This document shows, in pieces, positions 19,037-28,207 of a DNA stretch of 43,685 nt; the stretch's first letter is position 1, and the number at the start of each line of letters is the position of its first letter. The position numbers and the translations under genes were made by a program. A model generated the notes under the pieces. It was not told where the DNA came from and made no database searches. It worked only from the letters and a program-made list of their open reading frames with translations. Source of the DNA: a virus (taxonomy: Duplodnaviria; Caudoviricetes); IMG/VR virus record IMGVR_UViG_3300032233_002662, positions 1 to 43,685 of that record. The stretch is one strand, 5' to 3'.

Positions 19037-19621
19037 ATGAGTGAATCAATGTTACAGCGCGAATTTAAAGGTAAAGATGTGCAAAGAATGCGCAACATCA
19101 TTACTAAAGACTATACAGCCAAAACAACTACCCAAATTGGCTATTCTAAAACCCAGACTGACCATAAAGAGGGTGATATATGGGATGAGAATGGTAAACA
19201 ATGGACTATTAAAAACGGCATTAAACAAACGGTTACGCGCTTCGATAAATTAAAAGAATCTATCCATCTACCATTAACTTGTCCTAATTGTAACAAGGCA
19301 ATGCGCGGCGATAGACTGAATAAAAAAATGTGGCCTATCCACAAAATGTGTTTTGATTGTGTTATATCAATGGAAACCCAACTTAAAATTACAGGCCAGT
19401 ATGAAGAGTATGCACGTGGTTTAGTAACGGGTGGTGTTAAAGCCCATATTAAAGATTTAGAAGATGTTATGTTAGAATTAGCACTAAGCGACAATAATGA
19501 AAGTTTTGTTACTGAAGCCGGCGATGTTGAAAAATGGGCTGGTAAGGGTGTAGACAAGCAAAAAATCACCACAGAACTACAGGAGTACATACAGAAACTT
19601 AAAGAGCATATTGGTTCTTAA
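19037..19621 (+). CDS. hypothetical protein with Zn-ribbon
   Basis: CPNC...CFDC motif; WTIKNGIKQ. Confidence 0.65.
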   Translation: MSESMLQREFKGKDVQRMRNIITKDYTAKTTTQIGYSKTQTDHKEGDIWDENGKQWTIKNGIKQTVTRFDKLKESIHLPLTCPNCNKAMRGDRLNKKMWPIHKMCFDCVISMETQLKITGQYEEYARGLVTGGVKAHIKDLEDVMLELALSDNNESFVTEAGDVEKWAGKGVDKQKITTELQEYIQKLKEHIGS

Positions 19622-19658
19622 TATTTATAGGTAATGATTTACTAATCAAATTAACCTA
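19621..19658 (+). promoter_or_regulatory. ATATTTATA motif overlapping an imperfect hairpin
   Basis: Motif at 19621-19629. TAGGT...GATT-TACT-AATC...ACCTA at 19628-19658. Confidence 0.5.
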
Positions 19659-19667
19659 CTAAATATA

Positions 19668-19955
19668 ATGGAAAATAGCAACTTGTGGTCAGTACTAGTT
19701 ACTGCAATAACAGTTTTAGGAGGCACTACCGCTTTTAGATATTATGAAAAAAGAGCAATGCGCCGAGAACAAGATGACGATTTTATTCGTCACGATTGCA
19801 AAGATCGTATCTCTAAATTAGAAGCATTATTAGAAGCATCCTCTAAAGAAAAAGATGATTTACGAAATCTAGTATTAAAACTCACTTCAGAAGTAGCTGA
19901 ATTACGTGTTAAGGTTGATTTCCTTACCCAAGAAAATACCAAACTAAAAAAATAA
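19668..19955 (+). CDS. single-TM coiled-coil protein (holin-like candidate)
   Basis: N-terminal hydrophobic helix followed by a heptad coiled coil. Confidence 0.45.
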   Translation: MENSNLWSVLVTAITVLGGTTAFRYYEKRAMRREQDDDFIRHDCKDRISKLEALLEASSKEKDDLRNLVLKLTSEVAELRVKVDFLTQENTKLKK

Positions 19956-19961
19956 CCAGCT

Positions 19962-20351
19962 ATGAATTCTCTAGTAACACCAAGTCCTATATTAGGCCAA
20001 TTTATTTCAACCCTATTTGCATCCAGAACACAAGCACACGTATTTCATCTTCAAACAAATTCATTTGCTGCTCATAAAGCATTAAATGAATATTATGATG
20101 AAATTATTGGTCGTGCTGATGGTATTGCCGAATCAGTACAAGGTAAATATGGTATTATCACTGGCTATAGTAATATTGATTTATTAGAAGGTAATGATTG
20201 TAATGAAGTAATTAAATACTTTACAGCATTAGAAATGTATGTTGAAAGAGCTCGTCAAACAATGCCACAAGATTCATATATTCAAAATCAAATTGATGAA
20301 GTAGTAGCACTAATTGTTAGTACTATATATAAATTAAAATTCCTTAAATAA
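19962..20351 (+). CDS. ferritin/Dps-like four-helix protein
   Basis: AHVFHLQT..FAAHKALNEYYD...DGIAESVQG and IQNQIDE...YKLKFL motifs. Confidence 0.7.
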   Translation: MNSLVTPSPILGQFISTLFASRTQAHVFHLQTNSFAAHKALNEYYDEIIGRADGIAESVQGKYGIITGYSNIDLLEGNDCNEVIKYFTALEMYVERARQTMPQDSYIQNQIDEVVALIVSTIYKLKFLK

Positions 20352-20584
20352 TGTATAGTCTAATCGAATTACTTAAACTTCAAGAAGGCAAAGCAGAATA
20401 TCCAGCAGACCATAAACCAGGAATGCGTGTAACTAAAGGTGGCTCTATGTGTGCCAACTGTGAATATTGGGTTGAAAAAGGTAATTTATGCAATAACAAA
20501 TACTGGTTGCAGTGGCACGATGGTGATGCTAAAATACCTGTTGCTGCTGATGAGTATTGTTGTAATTGGTGGCACGCAAAATAA
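20351..20584 (+). CDS. small Cys-rich protein, HiPIP-like spacing
   Basis: CANCEYW...C...YCCNWW. Leader is MYSLIELLKLQE. Confidence 0.5.
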   Translation: MYSLIELLKLQEGKAEYPADHKPGMRVTKGGSMCANCEYWVEKGNLCNNKYWLQWHDGDAKIPVAADEYCCNWWHAK

Positions 20585-20589
20585 ATAAT

Positions 20590-21081
20590 ATGATTAAACT
20601 ATTAGATATATTAAATGAAGATATTATAAATGGTGAAATTGAATGTGAGAAGTGTGGTTGGAAGTGGAAAGTAGTAGATGGAGGACAAGAGCCTTATATT
20701 TGTCATAAGTGTGATCACGACAACAGCAATCAAATAGAAGAATACGACGTTGAAAATGCTGATGATATAAGAGAATTTGTTGAATTTATGGAATCATATC
20801 AACAAGAACTTAACGAAGCTGATTGTGATTGTTTATTAGAAGCCAAGTATCAAGGTCGCACAGTACCACTAGGTAAACCAATGCGCGGTGACAGTAAGAA
20901 ATTTAAAGTATATGTTAAAAATCCTAAAACAGGTAAAGTTGTAAAAGTAAACTTTGGTGCTAAGGGAATGAATATAAAGAAAAATAATCCTAAACGCCGT
21001 TCAGCATTTAGAGCAAGACATAACTGTGCTAACCCAGGACCACGTACTAAAGCAAGATATTGGTCTTGTAGAAAATGGTAA
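20590..21081 (+). CDS. putative internal virion protein (Zn-ribbon plus basic DUF6321-like domain)
   Basis: Start re-assigned to MIKLLDILNE. CEKC...CHKC; KVNFG...RRSAFRARHNC...ARYWSCRKW. Confidence 0.65.
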   Translation: MIKLLDILNEDIINGEIECEKCGWKWKVVDGGQEPYICHKCDHDNSNQIEEYDVENADDIREFVEFMESYQQELNEADCDCLLEAKYQGRTVPLGKPMRGDSKKFKVYVKNPKTGKVVKVNFGAKGMNIKKNNPKRRSAFRARHNCANPGPRTKARYWSCRKW

Positions 21082-21082
21082 T

Positions 21083-21496
21083 ATGATAAAACTAACTGAA
21101 ATATTAGACGAAATATTATTTGAAAAAAAGCTATGCCCTAAAGGTAGAGCCTATTATAATCGTCGTAAAGCTGCTGGTGAAAAACCTTCGGCTTATCTTT
21201 CTGGTCGTGCTGTTAAAGTGTGTAAAGGATTGATGGAAGAAGATGATTTAGATATGCATGAATCATTACGTGATTGGTTTAAAAAAGAAGATTGGGTTCG
21301 TATCGACACAGCAGGTAATATAACTGGTCCTTGTGGTACAATGAAAAAAGGTAATAAAACAACTCGTTGTTTACCTCGTGCTAAAGCTAACAGCTTATCT
21401 AAAGAAGAACGTGCTGCTACATCAAAGAAAAAAGCAGCATCAGATAAACAATTTGTACCTAATACTAAAAAAGCAAAAGTAAAATTGAATAAATAA
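21083..21496 (+). CDS. putative internal virion protein, basic
   Basis: Start re-assigned to MIKLTEILDE. PSAYLSG and SLRDWFKKEDWV...CG...CLP motifs typical of small viral basic proteins. Confidence 0.65.
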   Translation: MIKLTEILDEILFEKKLCPKGRAYYNRRKAAGEKPSAYLSGRAVKVCKGLMEEDDLDMHESLRDWFKKEDWVRIDTAGNITGPCGTMKKGNKTTRCLPRAKANSLSKEERAATSKKKAASDKQFVPNTKKAKVKLNK

Positions 21497-24105
21497 TGAG
21501 ATCAATAGATAAATTCATATTACACGTTGTTCATAATTTATTTCCTCTAAATGAATACTCAGAAAAGGAAATAAATAGACTAATGACTCAGTTTAAAGAG
21601 GAAGCTGAAGATCTAAACATTCAGGTTAGTGATGAACAATTAAGAAAATATATTGAACGTTTTAATATTTTAAAGAATTCACCTAAAATAACAGATAAAG
21701 ATTTACGTAAATATTCTTTATCTAAATTAATTAAAATAGTTACAGCATCTCCAGGAGCTGAGGTAGATAATGAAGATGAAGAAGATAGTACCCCCGATAT
21801 GGTATATCGTGAAGGTGATATTACTATATGGAATGGTGCTAAACAAGGTAATTGTATTACCTATGGAGCTGGTCAACCAATGCAAGGGGGTAGTAGATGG
21901 TGTATTACTCAACCTGGAGGGAGTTATTTTGGAAGATATAGATATGGATCTGACTATAGGTATCCAACATTTTATTTAGCTAAAAATGACGCCTTACCCG
22001 ATAGTGATAAATTAAGTTTTGTTGCATTGCAAGTATTAGATAATGGTGAATATAAATTCACCAATAGAGCTAACAGTCCCGGAATGGAAGGTCCATTTAG
22101 TTGGGAAGAATTAAATAGGCGTGTTCCTTGGTTAAGTAGTATTCCTAATTTAAAAAATATTTTAAAATACATTCCTTTTTCTAAATCTGAAAAAGAAAGT
22201 GAAGTTTTTAAAAACAATCCTATTAGTATTAAACAATGGATAAAAGAACCATTTAGTACTAAAAAACAATATTTACTAATTAGAGCAGGAACATCTCAAT
22301 TATTTAGTGATATATCTAATGATCTTTTTATTTCAAAATATCTCCCTCAATATCCACAGATTGCTACAGTAATAGCAGGAACTACTGGGATTATTGATGT
22401 TGAGCGTTTAATACCCCAATTAGATAAATTTTCAAAACAAGATCAAATATCTATTGCTAAACAAATAAGAAATAAATTTAAATTAAGTATCTTTAACCAA
22501 GATATACCCTTTGATCTTAAAAAATTCCTTGTAAAGACAGATAAAATTGGTCTTGAGTCAAATCAAAGAATATATGTAACTAAAGATAATCAATCTATTG
22601 TTTTATTAACATTAGGTGATAATATTAAAGTAGGGTTGTATACTGAAGATGATGAATATCCTAATATTAAATTAAATAAACGTACTGCAAAATATCTACT
22701 TGAATATCCTGAATTAGATAAAATACCATTTAAAATTCTAATTGACCTAGTCTCAGAAGACGTTATTGATAAAACTTTAGTTGACAAAGTAATTGAAAAT
22801 GCTAAAAATGACCCTAACTCAGCTATTATAGTTAAAGATATAGATGGTACTGATATATTATTGGATTCAAATGCATTTGTATCATATAAAATTGAAAATG
22901 GAAAAATAACTAAAATACCATTTAATAGTGAAGAGGTACAACAAGTATTTAATGATTCAAAAGATAATGAAGGTCTTCAAAATAACGTTATAGGAATGTT
23001 AGATCAACAATCTATTCCTGAAACAGTAGATAGAGATGGATTATTATCTGTTGTAAAAGCTATACCATATAGTAAAAGAATAACACCTGATGGTCGTATA
23101 GTAATAACATCGGATGATCCTAATATTTCTATGTTTAGTTTAGATCCAAACAGTATAAATAATTTAAGACCTAGCTATACATGGGGTGATGTAAATGGTA
23201 ACTGGAGAAGAAGAGGTAGTGGTGATTATATAGATAGTATACCTGCCTGGCAATCATATTTTACATATTTAAGAAGTATAAATAGAAGTTATAATAGCAA
23301 CGAATTACTTAGAATATTAAAAACAGATACATATGGTGCAAGAGGTAAAGTAGCTAAAAAAGCATTTATTAGAGCTAATCCTCCAATAACAGATGATAAC
23401 ATATATCGTCCTGTAATGAATGGAGATACTGCTTTACTTGTTAATTTACAAAATCCAAGAGAAAGCTTTAAAATATCAGATACATCAGGTAAACTACTGA
23501 AAGCAAACGTACCTTCATCTTTAGCAAGACAATTAACAGGACAAGGCCAACCAGCTGCTGCCGCTGCTGCTCCTGCAGCTGGAAGAAGAGGTAGACCGGC
23601 AGGTCAACCAAATGCTCCTCAACCTGCAGCAGCACCTGCCGCTGCCGGTAATACAAATGTAGGAGCATATATGCAAGCAGCAGGAATAATGAATGGATTT
23701 ATGGATTTACCTCGTACTATTCTTCGTAAATTAAATGTTAATAATGCTAGGGGTGTTTCTACAGCAAATAATAGAGGAGCGTCTCGTCGTCAAAACATAT
23801 TAGGGAATGCTGGTCGAGTTATAAGCTCAGTAGAAGTAGGATCTAGCACAATATACCTTATACGTCTACCAAATGGAAGCTCAATTGCTTCAGTTGTAGT
23901 ACAACCAGGTAATGGTCATTATCTTATTACTCCTCAATCAGCATACCAACTAGAATCCCCATCCCAGCTATTATCTGCATTACAACAACGTAATTTGGCA
24001 GAAATTCATCAGTACCTTGTAAATGAGTACATGGAGCGCAATCCTGAACAATTAACTGAATTTAAAGAATTATTACGTAAACATATAAACGAAAAAAAGA
24101 AATAA
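21496..24105 (+). CDS. large putative internal virion protein with PcfJ-like N-terminal domain
   Basis: The first ~200 aa are paralogous to an internal domain of 15656..19033 (PLNEYS/PLKEYS; CITYG...WCIT). Ala/Pro linker with GRRGRP. Confidence 0.6.
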   Translation: MRSIDKFILHVVHNLFPLNEYSEKEINRLMTQFKEEAEDLNIQVSDEQLRKYIERFNILKNSPKITDKDLRKYSLSKLIKIVTASPGAEVDNEDEEDSTPDMVYREGDITIWNGAKQGNCITYGAGQPMQGGSRWCITQPGGSYFGRYRYGSDYRYPTFYLAKNDALPDSDKLSFVALQVLDNGEYKFTNRANSPGMEGPFSWEELNRRVPWLSSIPNLKNILKYIPFSKSEKESEVFKNNPISIKQWIKEPFSTKKQYLLIRAGTSQLFSDISNDLFISKYLPQYPQIATVIAGTTGIIDVERLIPQLDKFSKQDQISIAKQIRNKFKLSIFNQDIPFDLKKFLVKTDKIGLESNQRIYVTKDNQSIVLLTLGDNIKVGLYTEDDEYPNIKLNKRTAKYLLEYPELDKIPFKILIDLVSEDVIDKTLVDKVIENAKNDPNSAIIVKDIDGTDILLDSNAFVSYKIENGKITKIPFNSEEVQQVFNDSKDNEGLQNNVIGMLDQQSIPETVDRDGLLSVVKAIPYSKRITPDGRIVITSDDPNISMFSLDPNSINNLRPSYTWGDVNGNWRRRGSGDYIDSIPAWQSYFTYLRSINRSYNSNELLRILKTDTYGARGKVAKKAFIRANPPITDDNIYRPVMNGDTALLVNLQNPRESFKISDTSGKLLKANVPSSLARQLTGQGQPAAAAAAPAAGRRGRPAGQPNAPQPAAAPAAAGNTNVGAYMQAAGIMNGFMDLPRTILRKLNVNNARGVSTANNRGASRRQNILGNAGRVISSVEVGSSTIYLIRLPNGSSIASVVVQPGNGHYLITPQSAYQLESPSQLLSALQQRNLAEIHQYLVNEYMERNPEQLTEFKELLRKHINEKKK

Positions 24106-24106
24106 A

Positions 24107-24352
24107 ATGAAAGTACAAGATCTTAAAAAAATAATCCGTGAGATTGTAGATAAAGTATTAGCTGAAAACGCTCCTGCCCCTAGCAAACCAAAACCATCTC
24201 CAGGACCTGCAGTAGCACCTGGCAAACCAAGTACAGACAAGCCAAAACCTCGTCGTCCATTAGGTAATCCTGATGTTAAGCCTGGTCCAAAAGCAATGAA
24301 CGAAGAGGAAATGCTTAAAAAAATAGTAGCACGCTTTAAATCTAAAAAATAA
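24107..24352 (+). CDS. Pro/Lys-rich small virion protein
   Basis: Leader MKVQDLKKIIREIVDKVLAE followed by a PK-rich stretch. Confidence 0.6.
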   Translation: MKVQDLKKIIREIVDKVLAENAPAPSKPKPSPGPAVAPGKPSTDKPKPRRPLGNPDVKPGPKAMNEEEMLKKIVARFKSKK

Positions 24353-25368
24353 TGGCACGTTTATTAGAAGTAGATTACGAGAAAATATTCTCACCTCAAA
24401 CAATGACTGCTTTAAAAGGCAAATCAGGTGAATCATTACGCCAGATGTTAGGTGATAAAAATCTAATGCAAGCTTTAACTAAATCTAAAGCAATATTAGA
24501 TGAAATAATTGAGGCTGAAGATGGATATCGTGATGAACTTGAAATGGTAGCTGCTCAAATGGTAACTGATGCTTACCCAATTATTGACTATGCAAATATC
24601 AAAATCGATGCTAAAATAGTTGGATTAGGTGATTTAGATATCCAACCAAGTCAAGGTGAAGTAAGTCTAAACAATATGCCTGCTGAAGCTGAAAAAGCAA
24701 AACGCCGCATTATCAATGGCATCACGCAAGGAGCATCAATTAGAGGTGCTTTTGGCTTTATGCTATTTAGAGAATATATTAATGATATTAACCCAGCATT
24801 AATAGACAAATACAGTGAAATATTAAAATTAGCATTTGGTATTTACGATGATGAAAATGCTATTGCAATGATGTTAGCTGCATTAGCACAAGGTGCTAAA
24901 ATGCAAGGCGGTGAAAGTGAAATGGAATATGATGAGGAAAATGAGCAATTCGTTATTAAAGCTAAAGCGATTTGCTTTCCAATGTTAGTACATGAAATTG
25001 TAAAAGGATTATACGAGATTGTAGGTACAGAAGGCTTTGGTGCTGATAAGGAAAAAAACCAAGCTATCGTAGGTGCTGTAGATAAATTATCAAATGAACC
25101 TCGTGATTTACAATATGGCAAATTCATATATGATGCTATCAGTAAGATATATAATGAATCAAATATAGACGATGCTCGCGTTCGTGAATTATTTTTTGCT
25201 GAAGTATATAAATTGATTGATGATGAATTTTTTCCATTCATTGAAAATGCAATCAATGGTGAATTAAAACCCCTCCAACGTAAATGGGCAATGGATACAA
25301 TGCGCGACATTGATCGTGACTTGAAGAAAGACGACACCGGCCTATCCGATCTAGATGAAACCCTATAA
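24352..25368 (+). CDS. hypothetical protein
   Basis: 338 aa, acidic and helical. Coupled by TAATG to the upstream gene. Confidence 0.65.
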   Translation: MARLLEVDYEKIFSPQTMTALKGKSGESLRQMLGDKNLMQALTKSKAILDEIIEAEDGYRDELEMVAAQMVTDAYPIIDYANIKIDAKIVGLGDLDIQPSQGEVSLNNMPAEAEKAKRRIINGITQGASIRGAFGFMLFREYINDINPALIDKYSEILKLAFGIYDDENAIAMMLAALAQGAKMQGGESEMEYDEENEQFVIKAKAICFPMLVHEIVKGLYEIVGTEGFGADKEKNQAIVGAVDKLSNEPRDLQYGKFIYDAISKIYNESNIDDARVRELFFAEVYKLIDDEFFPFIENAINGELKPLQRKWAMDTMRDIDRDLKKDDTGLSDLDETL

Positions 25369-25383
25369 TATTTATACACATAA
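25363..25383 (+). promoter_or_regulatory. late-promoter block; 21-bp exact repeat of 31300-31320
   Basis: CTATAATATTTATACACATAA occurs at both positions. Confidence 0.65.
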
Positions 25384-25402
25384 ACACGACAAAAACAAAA
25401 TC

Positions 25403-25891
25403 ATGAATATCACAGAAGTACGTAACGTTGTTCGCCTAGTAATTGCTGAAGCAATGGAAAAAGGCGGATTGCCTAAAAGCGGTGGAAAATTAGTACACCT
25501 TAAGAAAGAATTAGCTGGTTTAAAGAAAATGAAAGAATCTTTAGGTTCTTATACTATTAACGAAGGTGGTGATGGTCAATTCGTAGCTGAATATGCTCAT
25601 ATGCAAAAATTCGTTACTGAATTAGAAAAAATTAAAATGGCTCATGCTAAATTATCTGAAATGTTAGATAATCAAATTAGCGAAGTTGAAGGTAAGGTAT
25701 CATCTGAAACTGAAAAAGTTAAAGAAATAATGGGTCTTATCGAAAAAGCTAAAAAACCAGCTGTTGGTAAAAAAGCTAATAAAAAAGCTGATAAGAAAGA
25801 AGAGCCTAAAAAAGACGAAAAGAAAGAAGAGCCTAAAGAAGAACCTAAAGCCGAAAAACCTGCTCCTAAAAAAGCAAACGCTAAAAAATAG
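25403..25891 (+). CDS. coiled-coil protein with Lys/Glu-rich tail
   Basis: Start re-assigned to the ATG at 25403, downstream of the promoter motif. KKEEPK repeats. Confidence 0.65.
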   Translation: MNITEVRNVVRLVIAEAMEKGGLPKSGGKLVHLKKELAGLKKMKESLGSYTINEGGDGQFVAEYAHMQKFVTELEKIKMAHAKLSEMLDNQISEVEGKVSSETEKVKEIMGLIEKAKKPAVGKKANKKADKKEEPKKDEKKEEPKEEPKAEKPAPKKANAKK

Positions 25892-25897
25892 TCACAT

Positions 25898-26380
25898 ATG
25901 ATTAAGCTACTTGATCTTATTACTGAACGTGATCTATCTTCTAAAGAAGAAAAAATAGTTAAAGCATTAAAGAAAACAGGCAAATTCAAAAAGAATGATC
26001 CTGCAATGTATGCTATTGCTGCTTCTAAAGCTGAAGGACTAGACCCCGTAGGTAAAGAAGATGATGATATAAATAACGATGGTAAAGTAGATAAGACCGA
26101 TAAATACTTAATTAATCGTCGTAAAGCAGTAGCTGCTAATATGAAAGAAAATCATTTAAGTTGGCCTCCAACTCGAGATCATGAAGCAACAATGGCTAAA
26201 AGTGAATTAAGAGATATGGTTAATAATGCTGCTAAAATATATCAAATAGTTCAACCTAACCAACAATTACCAGGTTGGGTATCAGCATATATTACCTTAG
26301 CTTCAGACTATATGCATAGCATAGCTGAATACTTAACTGAAGAAGAAATTCAATATAGCCAAAATCCAGATAGTGAATAA
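25898..26380 (+). CDS. putative internal virion protein with EF-hand-like loop
   Basis: Leader [10 protein letters not shown]; [14 protein letters not shown] loop; [16 protein letters not shown] domain. Confidence 0.6.
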   Translation: MIKLLDLITERDLSSKEEKIVKALKKTGKFKKNDPAMYAIAASKAEGLDPVGKEDDDINNDGKVDKTDKYLINRRKAVAANMKENHLSWPPTRDHEATMAKSELRDMVNNAAKIYQIVQPNQQLPGWVSAYITLASDYMHSIAEYLTEEEIQYSQNPDSE

Positions 26381-26894
26381 ACAACTCTTACTAGAGAAAT
26401 ATATTAAAGTAGCTGTTCGTAAAGCCCTTAAAGAAGAGGAAGCAAAACAACAGCGCGCCACGAAAGCGATGTATTTAGTATATCGCTTTCCTGGTTTAAA
26501 GAAAACGATGATAGACTTAATGTCACCATCATTTGGTCGTTTTATTCAAGACGTTAGTTTAGTAGCTCCTAAACCAACTACATTTAACATTAAATTGATT
26601 AATGATCAAGAATTTTATGTTACATATGATGGTAGAAAAAATTGGACATCAAAAATATCTGGTAAAAGATATAACATGCAAGAATTAAGTGAAATTGAAA
26701 GAGGATCTCAAGCAATAGCTGACTTATTAGAATTAAGTTATGCTTTGGATGAAAAAGTAGAAGTTGGAGGAGCTGAAAAAACTGATGCAGGAGTAGAAGC
26801 CTTTACTGCTGCCGCAGGCGCTCCTGAAACAGCACTACCAGCAGAAGAACCAGCCCCAGCACCTGAAGAAGAAACCCCACCAGCAGAAGCATAA
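26373..26894 (+). CDS. hypothetical protein with acidic Pro/Ala tail
   Basis: 173 aa with a GTG start; APKPTTF motif. Confidence 0.6.
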   Translation: MNKQLLLEKYIKVAVRKALKEEEAKQQRATKAMYLVYRFPGLKKTMIDLMSPSFGRFIQDVSLVAPKPTTFNIKLINDQEFYVTYDGRKNWTSKISGKRYNMQELSEIERGSQAIADLLELSYALDEKVEVGGAEKTDAGVEAFTAAAGAPETALPAEEPAPAPEEETPPAEA

Positions 26895-26895
26895 T

Positions 26896-28080
26896 ATGGA
26901 AGTTATAGATAAAATATTAAGTGAGTGGTCATTTCGTTGCCACGATGGGATTGTTGATATTAATAATCCTGTTAAATTATCTATATTAGATGAAGTTTTG
27001 GAAGAATATAATATGCTATCATTTAAAGAAGGAAGAAAACTGTCTGTTACAAAACAAGCTATAGAAACTATTTTAAATTCTAAATATAAAGATCAATTTG
27101 TTCCTAAATCAACTCCTGGGAGAATTGGCAGCAAAACAGTTAAATCAGATGAATTTGAAAAAATTATCAGTGATATTTTTAAAATATCTAAAGATGAAAT
27201 TATAATTTATCCTCCTTCTCAATCCCCCAATAAATCTAGACAATTTAATTTATTTCAATTTCCAACAGATCAAGGCACTGCTGATATAATATTATCTGGA
27301 GGTCCAAAAAGTGAAACTTCAGAAAGACAAGAAAGAGGTTTAGTAAATGCAATAAATTCAGTACCTGGAATAAAAAATATCATATCTGAAAATGGTATTA
27401 TAATTAAAGACGTAATTGAGGCTAAAAAAATAGAAGGTAAAAATCAATTAGGATCAGAACCATATGCTGATATTGCTTTAATAATTTCTGGAAAAGAAGA
27501 ACCTATATTAATATCTGCTAAAGGTAATTTAGCTTTTAGTTTAGCTGGGGGAGGATTAAAAGGTATTTCTTCATTAGCTAAATCTGATGATAGAATGAAG
27601 AATTTTATAAAAAATTTATATACAAAAGCATATTCTTTTTATAAAGAAATAATAGATAAAAATAATCTTCAAGATAAAAATCTATACAAAAATAAACTAA
27701 TCCCTGATGTATCTGCACAAATCCCAGACACTATAATTAAAGATATTATAGTAGGCACTCCTGAAATGGGAGGACCTATAGAATATTATTATATAGGAGA
27801 TATGGATGTAAAGTTTGATGTAGATGAAGATACAATTTATTTATTAAACGGTGATTTAGAACCTGTAGAAGAATTTATTAAAGATGAAATTTTTTATGCT
27901 AATATTATAAAAAGAGATGGGGATATATATTTCACTGACTCAAAACATACTGTAAATGATATTGAGCTTCCTAAAATTTTTACAAAAAAAGAAGGATCAA
28001 ATTCATCTCAAGCTAGATTTATCATATCTCAAAAAGTTAGAGGCACAGAATTACCTATAGATATAGAAAATAACATATAG
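26896..28080 (+). CDS. putative PD-(D/E)XK restriction-endonuclease-like protein
   Basis: ERQE...PYADIAL...ILISAK pattern (E..D..SxK) after an N-terminal helical leader. Confidence 0.45.
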   Translation: MEVIDKILSEWSFRCHDGIVDINNPVKLSILDEVLEEYNMLSFKEGRKLSVTKQAIETILNSKYKDQFVPKSTPGRIGSKTVKSDEFEKIISDIFKISKDEIIIYPPSQSPNKSRQFNLFQFPTDQGTADIILSGGPKSETSERQERGLVNAINSVPGIKNIISENGIIIKDVIEAKKIEGKNQLGSEPYADIALIISGKEEPILISAKGNLAFSLAGGGLKGISSLAKSDDRMKNFIKNLYTKAYSFYKEIIDKNNLQDKNLYKNKLIPDVSAQIPDTIIKDIIVGTPEMGGPIEYYYIGDMDVKFDVDEDTIYLLNGDLEPVEEFIKDEIFYANIIKRDGDIYFTDSKHTVNDIELPKIFTKKEGSNSSQARFIISQKVRGTELPIDIENNI

Positions 28081-28129
28081 AACAGATTTATAGCCTGTTC
28101 GCTCGTAAGAGATAAAATATTGGAGCTGT

Positions 28130-28161
28130 AGCCCACCCTAAAGGTGGGCTTTCTCTATTTT
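28130..28161 (+). terminator. intrinsic terminator
   Basis: AGCCCACC-CTAAA-GGTGGGCT followed by TTCTCTATTTT. Confidence 0.75.
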
Positions 28162-28186
28162 AGGCAAAATAAATTTATTATATTTA
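28161..28186 (+). promoter_or_regulatory. putative early/middle promoter
   Basis: TAGGCAAAA-N9-TATATTTA, matching 7839 and 30554. Confidence 0.5.
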
Positions 28187-28207
28187 CATATTCAATTTAA
28201 TTTAATT

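Noticed and set aside
25790-25860. AAGAAGAGCCTAAA-type short repeats
   Set aside because: They simply encode the low-complexity KKEEPK tail.
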